A stretch of DNA of 64,000 nt from Paracoccaceae bacterium (GTDB taxonomy: Bacteria > Pseudomonadota > Alphaproteobacteria > Rhodobacterales > Rhodobacteraceae): contig OZ241915.1 in NCBI GenBank assembly GCA_965203795.1, forward strand, positions 2,494,255 through 2,558,254, read 5' to 3'. Below, piece after piece: positions 48,155-56,924 of the stretch (position 1 is the stretch's first letter; every line of letters begins with the position of its first letter). The translations under genes were made by a program, and so were the position numbers. The notes under the pieces were generated by a model. It was not told the origin of the DNA. It did not search any database and saw only the letters and a program-made list of their open reading frames with translations.

Positions 48155-49780
48155 TCAGTTGGGAGGCGCTGGCCGATTCTGCGCCTCCAGCCTCCAGCCT
48201 TCCGGTATCGACGGCGCGGCTTCGATAAGCTGCCGCGTGTACTCGTGGCCGGGATGCTCGAGCACGGTTTTCGTGTCGCCCTCCTCGACGATCGAACCGT
48301 CCTTCATCACCAGCACCCTGTCGGTGATCGCCTTCACGACCGTCAGGTCGTGGCTGATGAACAGGTAGGACAGTCCGTGCTGGACCTGCAGGGCGGCGAG
48401 CAGATCCAGAATCTGCGCCCGGATCGACACGTCGAGCGCTGAAACCGCTTCGTCGAGCACGATCAGCTCCGGCCGAAGAACAAGCGCGCGGGCGATCGCG
48501 ATCCTTTGGCGCTGACCGCCGGAGAACTCGTGAATGAACTTGCCCGTGTCCGAGGCCGACAGGCCGACATCCGCAAGGGCGGCGGCCACGCGGTCCTCCC
48601 GCTCCGACCTCGGAACCCGCCGGCTTCTGATCAGGTGGAACGGCTCCGCCACCAGGCGACCCACCTTGTGCCTCGGATTGAAGGAGCCGTGCGGGTCCTG
48701 GAACACGACCTGCATCTTCACCCGCACGGCTTCCGCAAGGGAGGACTCCGCGACGATCGGCTTTCCGTCGATCCGGATCGTGCCGTCCTGAAGCGGATCG
48801 AGTCCGAGAATGGCCCTGGTCAGCGTGGACTTCCCGCAGCCGGATTCCCCGACGAGGCCGAGGCTCTCGCGGCGCCGCAGAGAAAATGTCACGCCGTTCA
48901 CCGCGCGCACATTCCGCGGACGGGCGAACAGGCTGGTCCTCGGCAGGCTGTACTCGCGCACTGCCCCCCGGACCTCGAGCAACGGCTGCTCGGCGGGAAG
49001 AGCCGGCCTGTCCGGCACGTGGCTGGACGCGGCGAAGAGCTTCTTCGTGTAGGGGTGCCGCATCCGGCGGAACAGGGACTCCGTGTCCGCCGATTCGACG
49101 ACCCTCATCTTCTCCATGACCGCGACCGAGTCGGCCATGCCGGCGACGACGGCGAGATCATGCGTGATCAGCATCAGCGACATCCGCTCGCTATGCACAA
49201 GCGAATCCAGCAGCTGCAGGATCTGGACCTGGGTCGACACGTCGAGTGCGGTCGTGGGCTCGTCGGCAATCAGCAGCTTCGGCCTGAGCGCGATCGCAAG
49301 GGCGATGCATACCCGCTGCCGCTGCCCGCCCGACAGCTGGTGCGGATACAGGTCGAGCGGGAACCGCTCTTCCGGCATTCCGACCCTCTCAAGCTTCTCG
49401 CGGGCGACATCGCGCGCCTCCGCCGGAGCCATTTTGCCGTGCACCAGAAGGGTCTCGGCCACCTGGTCCCCGATGGTCTTGACCGGGTTCAGGGCGGTCA
49501 TCGGCTCTTGGAAGATCATGCCGATCTCGCCGCCGCGCACCGAGCACATCTCGCGCTCCGACAGCGAAAAAAGCTCCTTTCCGCCCAGCATCGCGGATCC
49601 TTTGCGGACGGAGGCGGGCGGAAGGAGGCCCATGATCGACAAGGCCGTCATGGACTTGCCGGAGCCCGATTCTCCGACAATTCCGAAGGTCATCCCCGGA
49701 TCGATCTCCAGCGACACGCCCTTGAGCACGTCGACCCCGCCGATCGCGACGTCCAGATCCCTGACCGAGAGCAGCGCCAT
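48155..49780 (-). CDS. ABC transporter ATP-binding protein, fused double ATPase (DppD/DppF-like)
   Basis: Has two Walker A sites (GESGSGKS, GESGCGKST) and two LSGGQRQR signatures. The ATG at 49780 overlaps the permease stop. Confidence 0.85.
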   Translation of the reverse strand: MALLSVRDLDVAIGGVDVLKGVSLEIDPGMTFGIVGESGSGKSMTALSIMGLLPPASVRKGSAMLGGKELFSLSEREMCSVRGGEIGMIFQEPMTALNPVKTIGDQVAETLLVHGKMAPAEARDVAREKLERVGMPEERFPLDLYPHQLSGGQRQRVCIALAIALRPKLLIADEPTTALDVSTQVQILQLLDSLVHSERMSLMLITHDLAVVAGMADSVAVMEKMRVVESADTESLFRRMRHPYTKKLFAASSHVPDRPALPAEQPLLEVRGAVREYSLPRTSLFARPRNVRAVNGVTFSLRRRESLGLVGESGCGKSTLTRAILGLDPLQDGTIRIDGKPIVAESSLAEAVRVKMQVVFQDPHGSFNPRHKVGRLVAEPFHLIRSRRVPRSEREDRVAAALADVGLSASDTGKFIHEFSGGQRQRIAIARALVLRPELIVLDEAVSALDVSIRAQILDLLAALQVQHGLSYLFISHDLTVVKAITDRVLVMKDGSIVEEGDTKTVLEHPGHEYTRQLIEAAPSIPEGWRLEAQNRPAPPN

Positions 49781-50598
49781 CAGCGCTCGCGCCTGACCTT
49801 GGGGTCGAGATGGTCCCGGAGGCCGTCGCCCAACAGGTTCAACCCCAGGACCATGAGGATGATCGTCACTCCCGGGATGACCGCGAGCCTCGGATCCGTG
49901 TAGATCAGGGTCTGGGCGTCGGCCAGCATGCGCCCCCAGCTCGGCGTGGGCGGCTGGGCGCCGAGCCCGACATACGAAAGGCCGGCCTCCGCAAGGATGC
50001 CCAAGGAGAACTGGATCGTGCCCTGAACGATCACCAGATTGGCGATGTTCGGCAGTATGTGCTCCGCCGAGATTCTGAAGGCGCGCTTCCCGGCGACCCG
50101 CGCCGCGAGGATGTAGTCCAGCGTCCACAGGCTCAGCGCGCCGCCGCGGGTCACCCTCGCGAACACGGGGATGTTGAAGATGCCGATCGCCAGAATCGCG
50201 TTCACGGCCGAAGGCCCGAACACGGCGGTGATCAGGATCGCGATCACCAGGGACGGGAACGCGAACACGAGATCGTTGCCCCGCATGATGATCTCGTCGA
50301 AGACGCTTCCGCGGTTCGCCGCCGCCGCGAGCCCGAGGGGAATGCCGAGAGCCATCCCTATCCCGACGGCCAGCACGGCGACGCCGATCGAGGTCCTGGC
50401 GCCGACCATCAGCATCGACAGCACGTCGCGCCCGAAATGGTCGGTCCCGAGCAAGTGCTCCGCGCCGGGCTCCTGCAGCTTGGCGGCGATGTTCAGGGTT
50501 TCGACCGGATAGGGCGTCCAGGCGAAAGAGAGCAGCGCGGCGGCGAGAAAGAACGCTGAGAGGGCCGCGCCCACGACCAGTACCGGCGGAAGCCTCAC
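49780..50598 (-). CDS. ABC transporter permease (DppC-like)
   Basis: 272 aa and polytopic, in the operon position for this subunit. Confidence 0.8.
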   Translation of the reverse strand: MRLPPVLVVGAALSAFFLAAALLSFAWTPYPVETLNIAAKLQEPGAEHLLGTDHFGRDVLSMLMVGARTSIGVAVLAVGIGMALGIPLGLAAAANRGSVFDEIIMRGNDLVFAFPSLVIAILITAVFGPSAVNAILAIGIFNIPVFARVTRGGALSLWTLDYILAARVAGKRAFRISAEHILPNIANLVIVQGTIQFSLGILAEAGLSYVGLGAQPPTPSWGRMLADAQTLIYTDPRLAVIPGVTIILMVLGLNLLGDGLRDHLDPKVRRER

Positions 50599-51542
50599 TT
50601 GCGGATCCTGAGCCGGGGATCGACCACCGCGTACGCCAAGTCCACCAGGAAGTTCACGGACACAACCGCGAACACGAGCAGCATGACGACGCTTTCGACC
50701 ACCACCAGGTCGCGCTGCGTGATCCCTTGGAAGATGAGCCTTCCCAAGCCAGGCAGGAAGAAGACGTTCTCAATGATGATCGCCCCGGCCAGCAGGAAGG
50801 AGAACTGGAGGCCGATGATCGTGAGGACCGGGATAAGCGCGTTCCGCAGCGCGTGCCTGGCGACTGCCTGGCGCCTCGTCAGCCCCTTCGCTCTGGCGGT
50901 CCGGATGTAGTCCTGCGACAGGGTTTCGATGAGGGCGGACCGCATGACTCTGGACAGTATCGACGCCTGCGGAAGCGCGAGCGCGACCGCAGGAAGCGTC
51001 AGGGCCTTGAGACCTTCGAGAAGGCCGGCTTCCCAGCCCGGAAACCCGCCCGCCGAAAACCATCTCAGCCCGATCGCGAACACCACGACGAGAAGCATCG
51101 CGAACCAGAAGTTCGGAAGCGCGATTCCGAGCTGCGTCGCGCCCATGATCCCGAAATCCGTCGCGGTTCCGCGCTTCGACGCGGCGATCAGGCCGACCGG
51201 AAACGCTATGGCAGTCGAAAGCGCCAGCGCGTAAAGCGCCAACGGCAGCGACACCATGGTCCGCGCCGCGACCAGCTCCGCGACCGGCACCCGGTAGGTG
51301 TAGGATGTGCCGAAATCGCCCGTCAGCATGCCGCCGACCCACGCCGCGTACCGCGCGAAGACGTTGGCGTCCAAGCCGAGCTCCTGGCGAAGCGCGGCGA
51401 CCGTGTCCGGCGACGCGTTCAGGCCGAGCATGAACGCGGCGGGGTCCCCCGGTATGATTTCGATGACCGCGAAGATGACGAGGCTGGCGGCGACAAGGCT
51501 GGCGGCAAGCGACGCGAACCGCATCAGTGCGTAGCGGAGCAT
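50595..51542 (-). CDS. ABC transporter permease (DppB-like)
   Basis: Starts MLRYALMRFASLAASL at ATG 51542 and contains DYIRTARAKGL. Confidence 0.8.
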   Translation of the reverse strand: MLRYALMRFASLAASLVAASLVIFAVIEIIPGDPAAFMLGLNASPDTVAALRQELGLDANVFARYAAWVGGMLTGDFGTSYTYRVPVAELVAARTMVSLPLALYALALSTAIAFPVGLIAASKRGTATDFGIMGATQLGIALPNFWFAMLLVVVFAIGLRWFSAGGFPGWEAGLLEGLKALTLPAVALALPQASILSRVMRSALIETLSQDYIRTARAKGLTRRQAVARHALRNALIPVLTIIGLQFSFLLAGAIIIENVFFLPGLGRLIFQGITQRDLVVVESVVMLLVFAVVSVNFLVDLAYAVVDPRLRIRK

Positions 51543-51582
51543 CCGGGAATGCGGCCTCAGGCCGGCGCGGCCGGGCGCGCCC

Positions 51583-52491
51583 TCACTTGCGCCGCCAGAT
51601 CGGGTGGGGCACCGGATCCTTCGCGCGGAAGAAGTATTTCGAGAACACGTCGGAGTATTTCCTGAAGACGTAGCCCTCATTGCTTTCCACGAACCGTTCG
51701 CGCTCCCGGTCGAACATCGCCGGAAGCCGGTACCAGGGCTCGAACGGATTCATGTGGTGCACGAGATGGAAGTTGTTGTTCAGAAAGAGCAAGGCCAGCA
51801 GGCCCCTATCCTCGACCACGACCGTCCGGCCGCGCGGGCTTTCGTGGGCGCGGTGCTCAAGGAACGTCCGGATCTTCAGAACGGACAGCCCCGCATAGGC
51901 CGCAAAAAGATACTGCCAAATCGACAGCGGGCTGGCCCAAACGACAATTGCGACGACCGGCACGGTCCCGGCGGCGTGGAGAGCCCATGCGGACGCGACG
52001 CCGCGCTCTCCGGCGCGGATGCGCCGGACGTCGTCGCGCATGAACGCGAATTGCGAAATCAGCGGCCCGACCAGCATCCTGCCTGCCAGCGAATTGTTGA
52101 AGCGGAACAGCGCCTGAAGGTAGCCGGGCAGCCGCGACCAGACCTCCGGATCAAGGAAATTGGATTCCGGATCCTCGTAGGGATCCGTGAGGTTGGGGTC
52201 GACATGGTGCTGCAGGTGGAGGTCGCGGAACCTCCTGTACGGGATGAACAGCCCCACCGCCGGAAACACGAGAGCTTCGCTCCAGCCCTTGCTCGGCAGC
52301 GGGTGCCCGTGCAGGACCTCGTGCTGGAGCGACGAATGGAACGCGATCACGAGCGCGAGAAGCGGCAGCGCCGCCAAGGCCGACAATTCCGCGACAGGGA
52401 GGACGACGGCGAACCAGAGCCCGTAGCACAGCGCAATCAGAAGCAGCGTCGGCGGTTCGACCGTGGAGTGCGGGCGGAATGCCATTGGCAA
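51583..52491 (-). CDS. Fatty acid desaturase family protein
   Basis: Has histidine boxes HEVLHGH, HLQHH and HLVHH. 302 aa, membrane protein. Confidence 0.8.
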   Translation of the reverse strand: MPMAFRPHSTVEPPTLLLIALCYGLWFAVVLPVAELSALAALPLLALVIAFHSSLQHEVLHGHPLPSKGWSEALVFPAVGLFIPYRRFRDLHLQHHVDPNLTDPYEDPESNFLDPEVWSRLPGYLQALFRFNNSLAGRMLVGPLISQFAFMRDDVRRIRAGERGVASAWALHAAGTVPVVAIVVWASPLSIWQYLFAAYAGLSVLKIRTFLEHRAHESPRGRTVVVEDRGLLALLFLNNNFHLVHHMNPFEPWYRLPAMFDRERERFVESNEGYVFRKYSDVFSKYFFRAKDPVPHPIWRRK

Positions 52492-52625
52492 TGCTCCGGC
52501 TTGGCGGCCGCCGCGTTGAACGCCTGGATCACCGCGGAAGGCCGTAGGCTTTCCATCGCTTCAATTTAGCGTGCGGGAGCGACTTCGCAACAAGCGCGAC
52601 GGCGTGTTTACCGGCTCCCGCGGCC

Positions 52626-53828
52626 CTAAGCGGATGCGCCCCGTTCCGCCCGGATTTCGTCCCAAGCCCGGTTGATCGCGGCCAGCCTGCTCTCCGCGAG
52701 CTTGGCCGCTTCATGCGGAACGCCTTTGCCGACCAGCGCGTCGGGATGGTTCTCCCTTACGAGCTTGCGCCACCGCGTCCGAATTTGACCGGTCGGCGCG
52801 TCCGGGCTGACACCGAGCACCTCGTAAGGCGACTCGCGCCCGCTGGCGGCGTAGCGCTCCAGGAGCAGCTTGAATTGGCCCGCCGGGCATCCGAAGATCT
52901 CGGCGATCCGGTGAAGCATTTGCTCCTCCCGGGTCGAAATCTCTCCGTCGGCTGCCGCAACGACAAACAGCCCCTCCAGCACGACATCAAGCGTGCGGTT
53001 GCCCGGCCCGAAGTGCTTCGCCGCCTGGCCAGCGTAGAATTCGTAGCTGACCGAGCTTTGCTTCGCGACGTTGAAGGCCTTCCCGGCGAGCTTCTCGCCG
53101 GCTTCATCGATGACGAACACCCTGCGGAATGCCGCAACCTCGTCGCGGGTGACGCGGCCGTCAGCCTTCGCGAGCTTTGCGCCGAGAAAGATGACGGCGA
53201 CCATGAACGTGAGCGAGTTGTCGCGCGGCGCCGAGGGCCTGCTGGATGCGCTCCCGGACCAAGGCCCCTCGCTTCCGCTGCGCGAGAGGAAGCTGGCCAG
53301 GCGCGACCAGACGGATTTCCTTGCCGCGCGGCCTTCCGCGAGGAGCTTCTGCATCAGAACGAGGTCGTGCCACCGGTTCAGCTTGCGGCCCACCTCGCGC
53401 AGCCTGCCCACTTCCTCGTAGCCAAGAGACCTATGGAACGAGATGGCGTCCCGGTTCGTGCCGCTGATCCCGGCGATCAGCGAATGCACGCCGCTTCGCG
53501 CCGCGTGGGCTTCGATCGCCTCCATGAGCTTGCGCCCTATCCCTCTCCTCCTTGCGCCAGCATCGAGGACAATCGTGTGCTCCATTGTCCGAACGTACCC
53601 GATGCTGGGCCGGAACTGCCCGTAGGTTGCGAAGCCTGCGACCGGCCCCGCTTCGGCCACCAGGAACGGATGCCCCTCGCGCTTCTTTTCCTCCAGCAAT
53701 GCGGCGATGTCCGAAGCCGTCGTCTCCACGCTGTTGAACGTCTTGTCGGTTCCGGCGATGATCTGGTTCCAGATCGCCGCGATGGCATCGGCGTCGCCTG
53801 TTTCCGCCGGACGGATTCTGACTTCCAT
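52626..53828 (-). CDS. Fusion protein: N-terminal GNAT acetyltransferase (phosphinothricin/MSO acetyltransferase-like) plus a C-terminal DjlA-like TerB and J-domain
   Basis: Residues 1-170 read MEVRIRPAETGDADAIAAIWNQ...RRRGIGRKLM...WHDLVLMQ. They are followed by SVWSRLASFL, a TerB-like segment and the J-domain YEVLGVSPDAPTGQIRTRWRKLVRENHPD. It is a single uninterrupted ORF. Confidence 0.7.
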   Translation of the reverse strand: MEVRIRPAETGDADAIAAIWNQIIAGTDKTFNSVETTASDIAALLEEKKREGHPFLVAEAGPVAGFATYGQFRPSIGYVRTMEHTIVLDAGARRRGIGRKLMEAIEAHAARSGVHSLIAGISGTNRDAISFHRSLGYEEVGRLREVGRKLNRWHDLVLMQKLLAEGRAARKSVWSRLASFLSRSGSEGPWSGSASSRPSAPRDNSLTFMVAVIFLGAKLAKADGRVTRDEVAAFRRVFVIDEAGEKLAGKAFNVAKQSSVSYEFYAGQAAKHFGPGNRTLDVVLEGLFVVAAADGEISTREEQMLHRIAEIFGCPAGQFKLLLERYAASGRESPYEVLGVSPDAPTGQIRTRWRKLVRENHPDALVGKGVPHEAAKLAESRLAAINRAWDEIRAERGASA

Positions 53829-53986
53829 TCAGGAGGCTCCCTGCATCGCCGGTTGCGGCCGGAAGCGCCTTCGCCAAGGGCGCGTTCGCCGGAGCGCGAC
53901 GTTCGCGATTTTGATAGCCGCAGACGCAAAGACCTTCAAATGCCGAGGTCGTCGAATATCCTGCGGCTGCCTTCTCTTTCGCTGAC

Positions 53987-54637
53987 TTAGATCCACGAAT
54001 AACGAGCGCCATGGCGGCGCAGAAGCTCATAGGTTGCCGAGTGCGCGGACGCCGCTACATCCAGCACGGTTTCATGATTGTCGTTCGCAATGTTCGGGTC
54101 GGCGCCCGCGTCCAGCAGAAGCCTCGCGTTGGCATTGCTTCCTACGCGTGCCGCCTCGTGCAGCGGCGTTTCGCCGTTGCCGTCCTGGGCATTCGGGTCC
54201 GCGCCTGCATCCAGCAGCAGCTTCACGATGCCCTTGAATCCGCGCTCTTCGTCGCAGGGCAGGAGCCAGCTCGGCGCCGCTTTTCCTTCGTAATCCCGCG
54301 CTGCGTTGCAGTTTGCCGCCCAGTGCAGCGGCGTTTTTCCGTCATTGTCCTCAGCATTCGGGTTCGCGCCTGCCTCAAGAAGCAGAACCACAACGGCTTC
54401 GCGACCGCGTTTCGCCGCGACATGCAGCGGCGTATAGCCGACATCGTTTCCGGCGTTCAGGTTCGCGCCCGCGTCCAGCAGCTGGTTCACGCGCGCTAGG
54501 TCCCCGGTCTGCGCCGCCTCGACCAGCGGAGGCGTTTGCGCAGCGCAAGCGGCAAGCATCGCTGAGACCGCCGCCGGCCCGAGCAGGGATTTCCAATTGA
54601 TGCCGCCGCTTGAGGGCAGCTTCGTTTTCTTGGCCAT
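53987..54637 (-). CDS. Ankyrin-repeat lipoprotein
   Basis: Has lipobox SAMLAAC and at least four ankyrin repeats (GYTPLHVAA, GKTPLHWAA, GETPLHEAA, ETVLDVAA). Confidence 0.8.
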   Translation of the reverse strand: MAKKTKLPSSGGINWKSLLGPAAVSAMLAACAAQTPPLVEAAQTGDLARVNQLLDAGANLNAGNDVGYTPLHVAAKRGREAVVVLLLEAGANPNAEDNDGKTPLHWAANCNAARDYEGKAAPSWLLPCDEERGFKGIVKLLLDAGADPNAQDGNGETPLHEAARVGSNANARLLLDAGADPNIANDNHETVLDVAASAHSATYELLRRHGARYSWI

Positions 54638-54884
54638 CCGCGATTCATCCCCCGCCGACAGCGGTAATCACCGCGCAGCGAATCCGTAGCGCAACGCGCC
54701 TTCGATCGGCAACGCCATGCCAGCTTCGCGTTGGCGAAACTGCGCGCAAACGGCCTGCATAGCGCGCGGCGCTGGATCAGGATCAAGACGGATTTGGGTA
54801 TGCCCTTGCGGAACAGGATGCGCCAATATTGTGTTACCGTTCCCGCTCAGGCGGCTCGGGAAGCGGCTTATCAAGGAGGCGCGC

Positions 54885-55349
54885 TTGTCCAAGACACTTT
54901 ATCTCGCCAATCCGTACGGCTTTTCGAAGGCGCAAAAGCGGTCGCTCCTGCCCGAAATCCAAACGGCGCTGGAATCGATTGGCGCGGAGGTCTGGGAACC
55001 CTTCGCCCGGAACAACCAGATCGACACCAGCAGCGCGGGCTGGGCATACCAGGTCGGCCAAGCCGACCTCCGGGACGTGCGCGATTCGGACGGAATCTTC
55101 GCCGTCGTCAACGGCTGCCCGCCTGACGAGGGAGTGATGGTCGAGCTTGGCATAGCGATCGCATGGGGAAAGCCCACGTTCCTGTTCCGGGACGACTTTC
55201 GCCGCTGCACCGACAGCGAGGCTTATCCGCTTAACCTGATGCTGTTCACCGGGCTGTCCAGATCGGGCTGGCGGGACCACTGGTATGAATCGGTCGAAGA
55301 GATCGCGGATCCGAACAAGGCGCTGGCCCGCTGGCTGGCGGAGAGCTGA
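54885..55349 (+). CDS. Nucleoside 2-deoxyribosyltransferase family protein
   Basis: TTG at 54885 lies 6 nt after AAGGAGG. Contains TLYLANPYGFS and GVMVELGIAIAWGKPTFLF (catalytic Glu context). Confidence 0.7.
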   Translation: MSKTLYLANPYGFSKAQKRSLLPEIQTALESIGAEVWEPFARNNQIDTSSAGWAYQVGQADLRDVRDSDGIFAVVNGCPPDEGVMVELGIAIAWGKPTFLFRDDFRRCTDSEAYPLNLMLFTGLSRSGWRDHWYESVEEIADPNKALARWLAES

Positions 55350-55417
55350 GCCGCAAACGCGGGATTTTCTCCGTTGCGGCATAGGATTGCGCACGACGCG
55401 AACGCTGGAGTCCGCAA

Positions 55418-56887
55418 ATGCAAAAGGGATCAAGAACGGCCGCGATTATCGGCGGCGGCGTGATCGGAGGCGGGTGGGCCGCGAGATTCCGGCTGGCCGG
55501 ATGGAACGCGCGGATTTTTGATCCGGAGCCTGCATCGATTCGCCGCGCCGACAGGATGATGGAGAACGCGAAGCGATCCTACCCGGCGCTCTACGATTGG
55601 TCGCTGGCGGCCGAGGGACCGGCAATGGAGTGCGGGAGCATCGCCGAGGCGGTCGAGGGCGCATCGTGGGTGCAGGAAAGCGTTCCCGAGCGGCTTGGAT
55701 TGAAGCAGGATGTGTTGCGCCAGATTCAGGAGGCCTGCGAACCCGGCACGATGGTCGCCTCTTCAACGTCGGGCTTCAAGCCATCGGAGCTGCAGGCCGG
55801 CGCGCCCAGGCCGGACGAGATCATAGTCGCCCATCCCTTCAACCCTGTGTACCTCATCCCCTTGGTCGAACTGGTCGGCGCCGGCGCGGTTTCGGGAACC
55901 AAGACGGCCGCCGCGCGGGAAACGCTGATCGAACTCGGGATGTTCCCAGTCATCGTTCGGAAGGAGATCGACGCGCATGTCGCCGACCGGCTGCTGGAGG
56001 CCGTCTGGCGGGAAGCGCTCTGGCTGGTCCGCGACGGAATCGCGACAACTGAAGAGCTCGATAACATCATCCGTTTCGGGTTCGGGCTCCGGTGGGCGCA
56101 GATGGGGCTGTTCGAGAGCTACAGGATCGCAGGCGGCGACGACGGAATGGCGCACTTCTTGGAGCAGTTCGGCCCGTGCCTGAAACATCCGTGGACCCGC
56201 CTCATGGATGCGCCCGAGCTCGACGCGGATCTGATCTCGCTGATTTCCAGCCAGTCGGACAAGCAGTCGGACCATTCCACGATCGACGAGCTGGAGCGCG
56301 CGCGCGACGACAACCTTGTAACGATCCTGAGAGGACTCAAGTCGCGGAACTGGGGAGCCGGGGCGTTTCTTGCGGAGAAGGACAGGCGGGTTTCGCCAAG
56401 CCCCCGATTCGAGCCCGGAGCGCCGATGGCGACCGCGAAGCGAACGGTGCCGGTCGACTGGACGGACTACAACGGCCATGTGAACGAAGCCCGCTATCTC
56501 GAGCTGTTCAGCCGGGCGACGGACCGGTTCATGGAGGTTGCCGGCTGCGACGCCGATTACGTCGCCACCGGCAAGAGCTTCTTCACTCTTGAGACCAGCT
56601 TGCGGCACCTCGGCGAAGTCTTCGCGGGAGAGGAAGTGCGCGTCGAAACGGTGTGCCTCGCTGCGAAAGGCCGCAAGCTCCACCTTTATCAAGGCCTGTT
56701 CGGCGCGGACGGGGAACTGAAGGCCACGGGCGAGCACCTTCTGGTCCATGTCGATCTCGGCACAAGGAAGTCCTGCGAGCCGGCCGGAACGGCAAAAGAG
56801 AAGCTCCTCGAGATCGGCGCGTCGCACGCCGCCATGGTTCGGCCGTCCTGGGTTGAACCCAAGCTGGGCTTCAGAGCGGCAGCTTAG
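55418..56887 (+). CDS. L-carnitine 3-dehydrogenase with a fused C-terminal thioesterase-like domain
   Basis: Has the N-terminal AAIIGGGVIGGGWA NAD fold of the 3-hydroxyacyl-CoA dehydrogenase family and a C-terminal ~140-aa hotdog-like part (VDWTDYNGHVNEARYLELF). 489 aa. Confidence 0.7.
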   Translation: MQKGSRTAAIIGGGVIGGGWAARFRLAGWNARIFDPEPASIRRADRMMENAKRSYPALYDWSLAAEGPAMECGSIAEAVEGASWVQESVPERLGLKQDVLRQIQEACEPGTMVASSTSGFKPSELQAGAPRPDEIIVAHPFNPVYLIPLVELVGAGAVSGTKTAAARETLIELGMFPVIVRKEIDAHVADRLLEAVWREALWLVRDGIATTEELDNIIRFGFGLRWAQMGLFESYRIAGGDDGMAHFLEQFGPCLKHPWTRLMDAPELDADLISLISSQSDKQSDHSTIDELERARDDNLVTILRGLKSRNWGAGAFLAEKDRRVSPSPRFEPGAPMATAKRTVPVDWTDYNGHVNEARYLELFSRATDRFMEVAGCDADYVATGKSFFTLETSLRHLGEVFAGEEVRVETVCLAAKGRKLHLYQGLFGADGELKATGEHLLVHVDLGTRKSCEPAGTAKEKLLEIGASHAAMVRPSWVEPKLGFRAAA

Positions 56888-56924
56888 CGAAGCAAGACTT
56901 GCCGCGGCACGCCAAGGGAACGAA

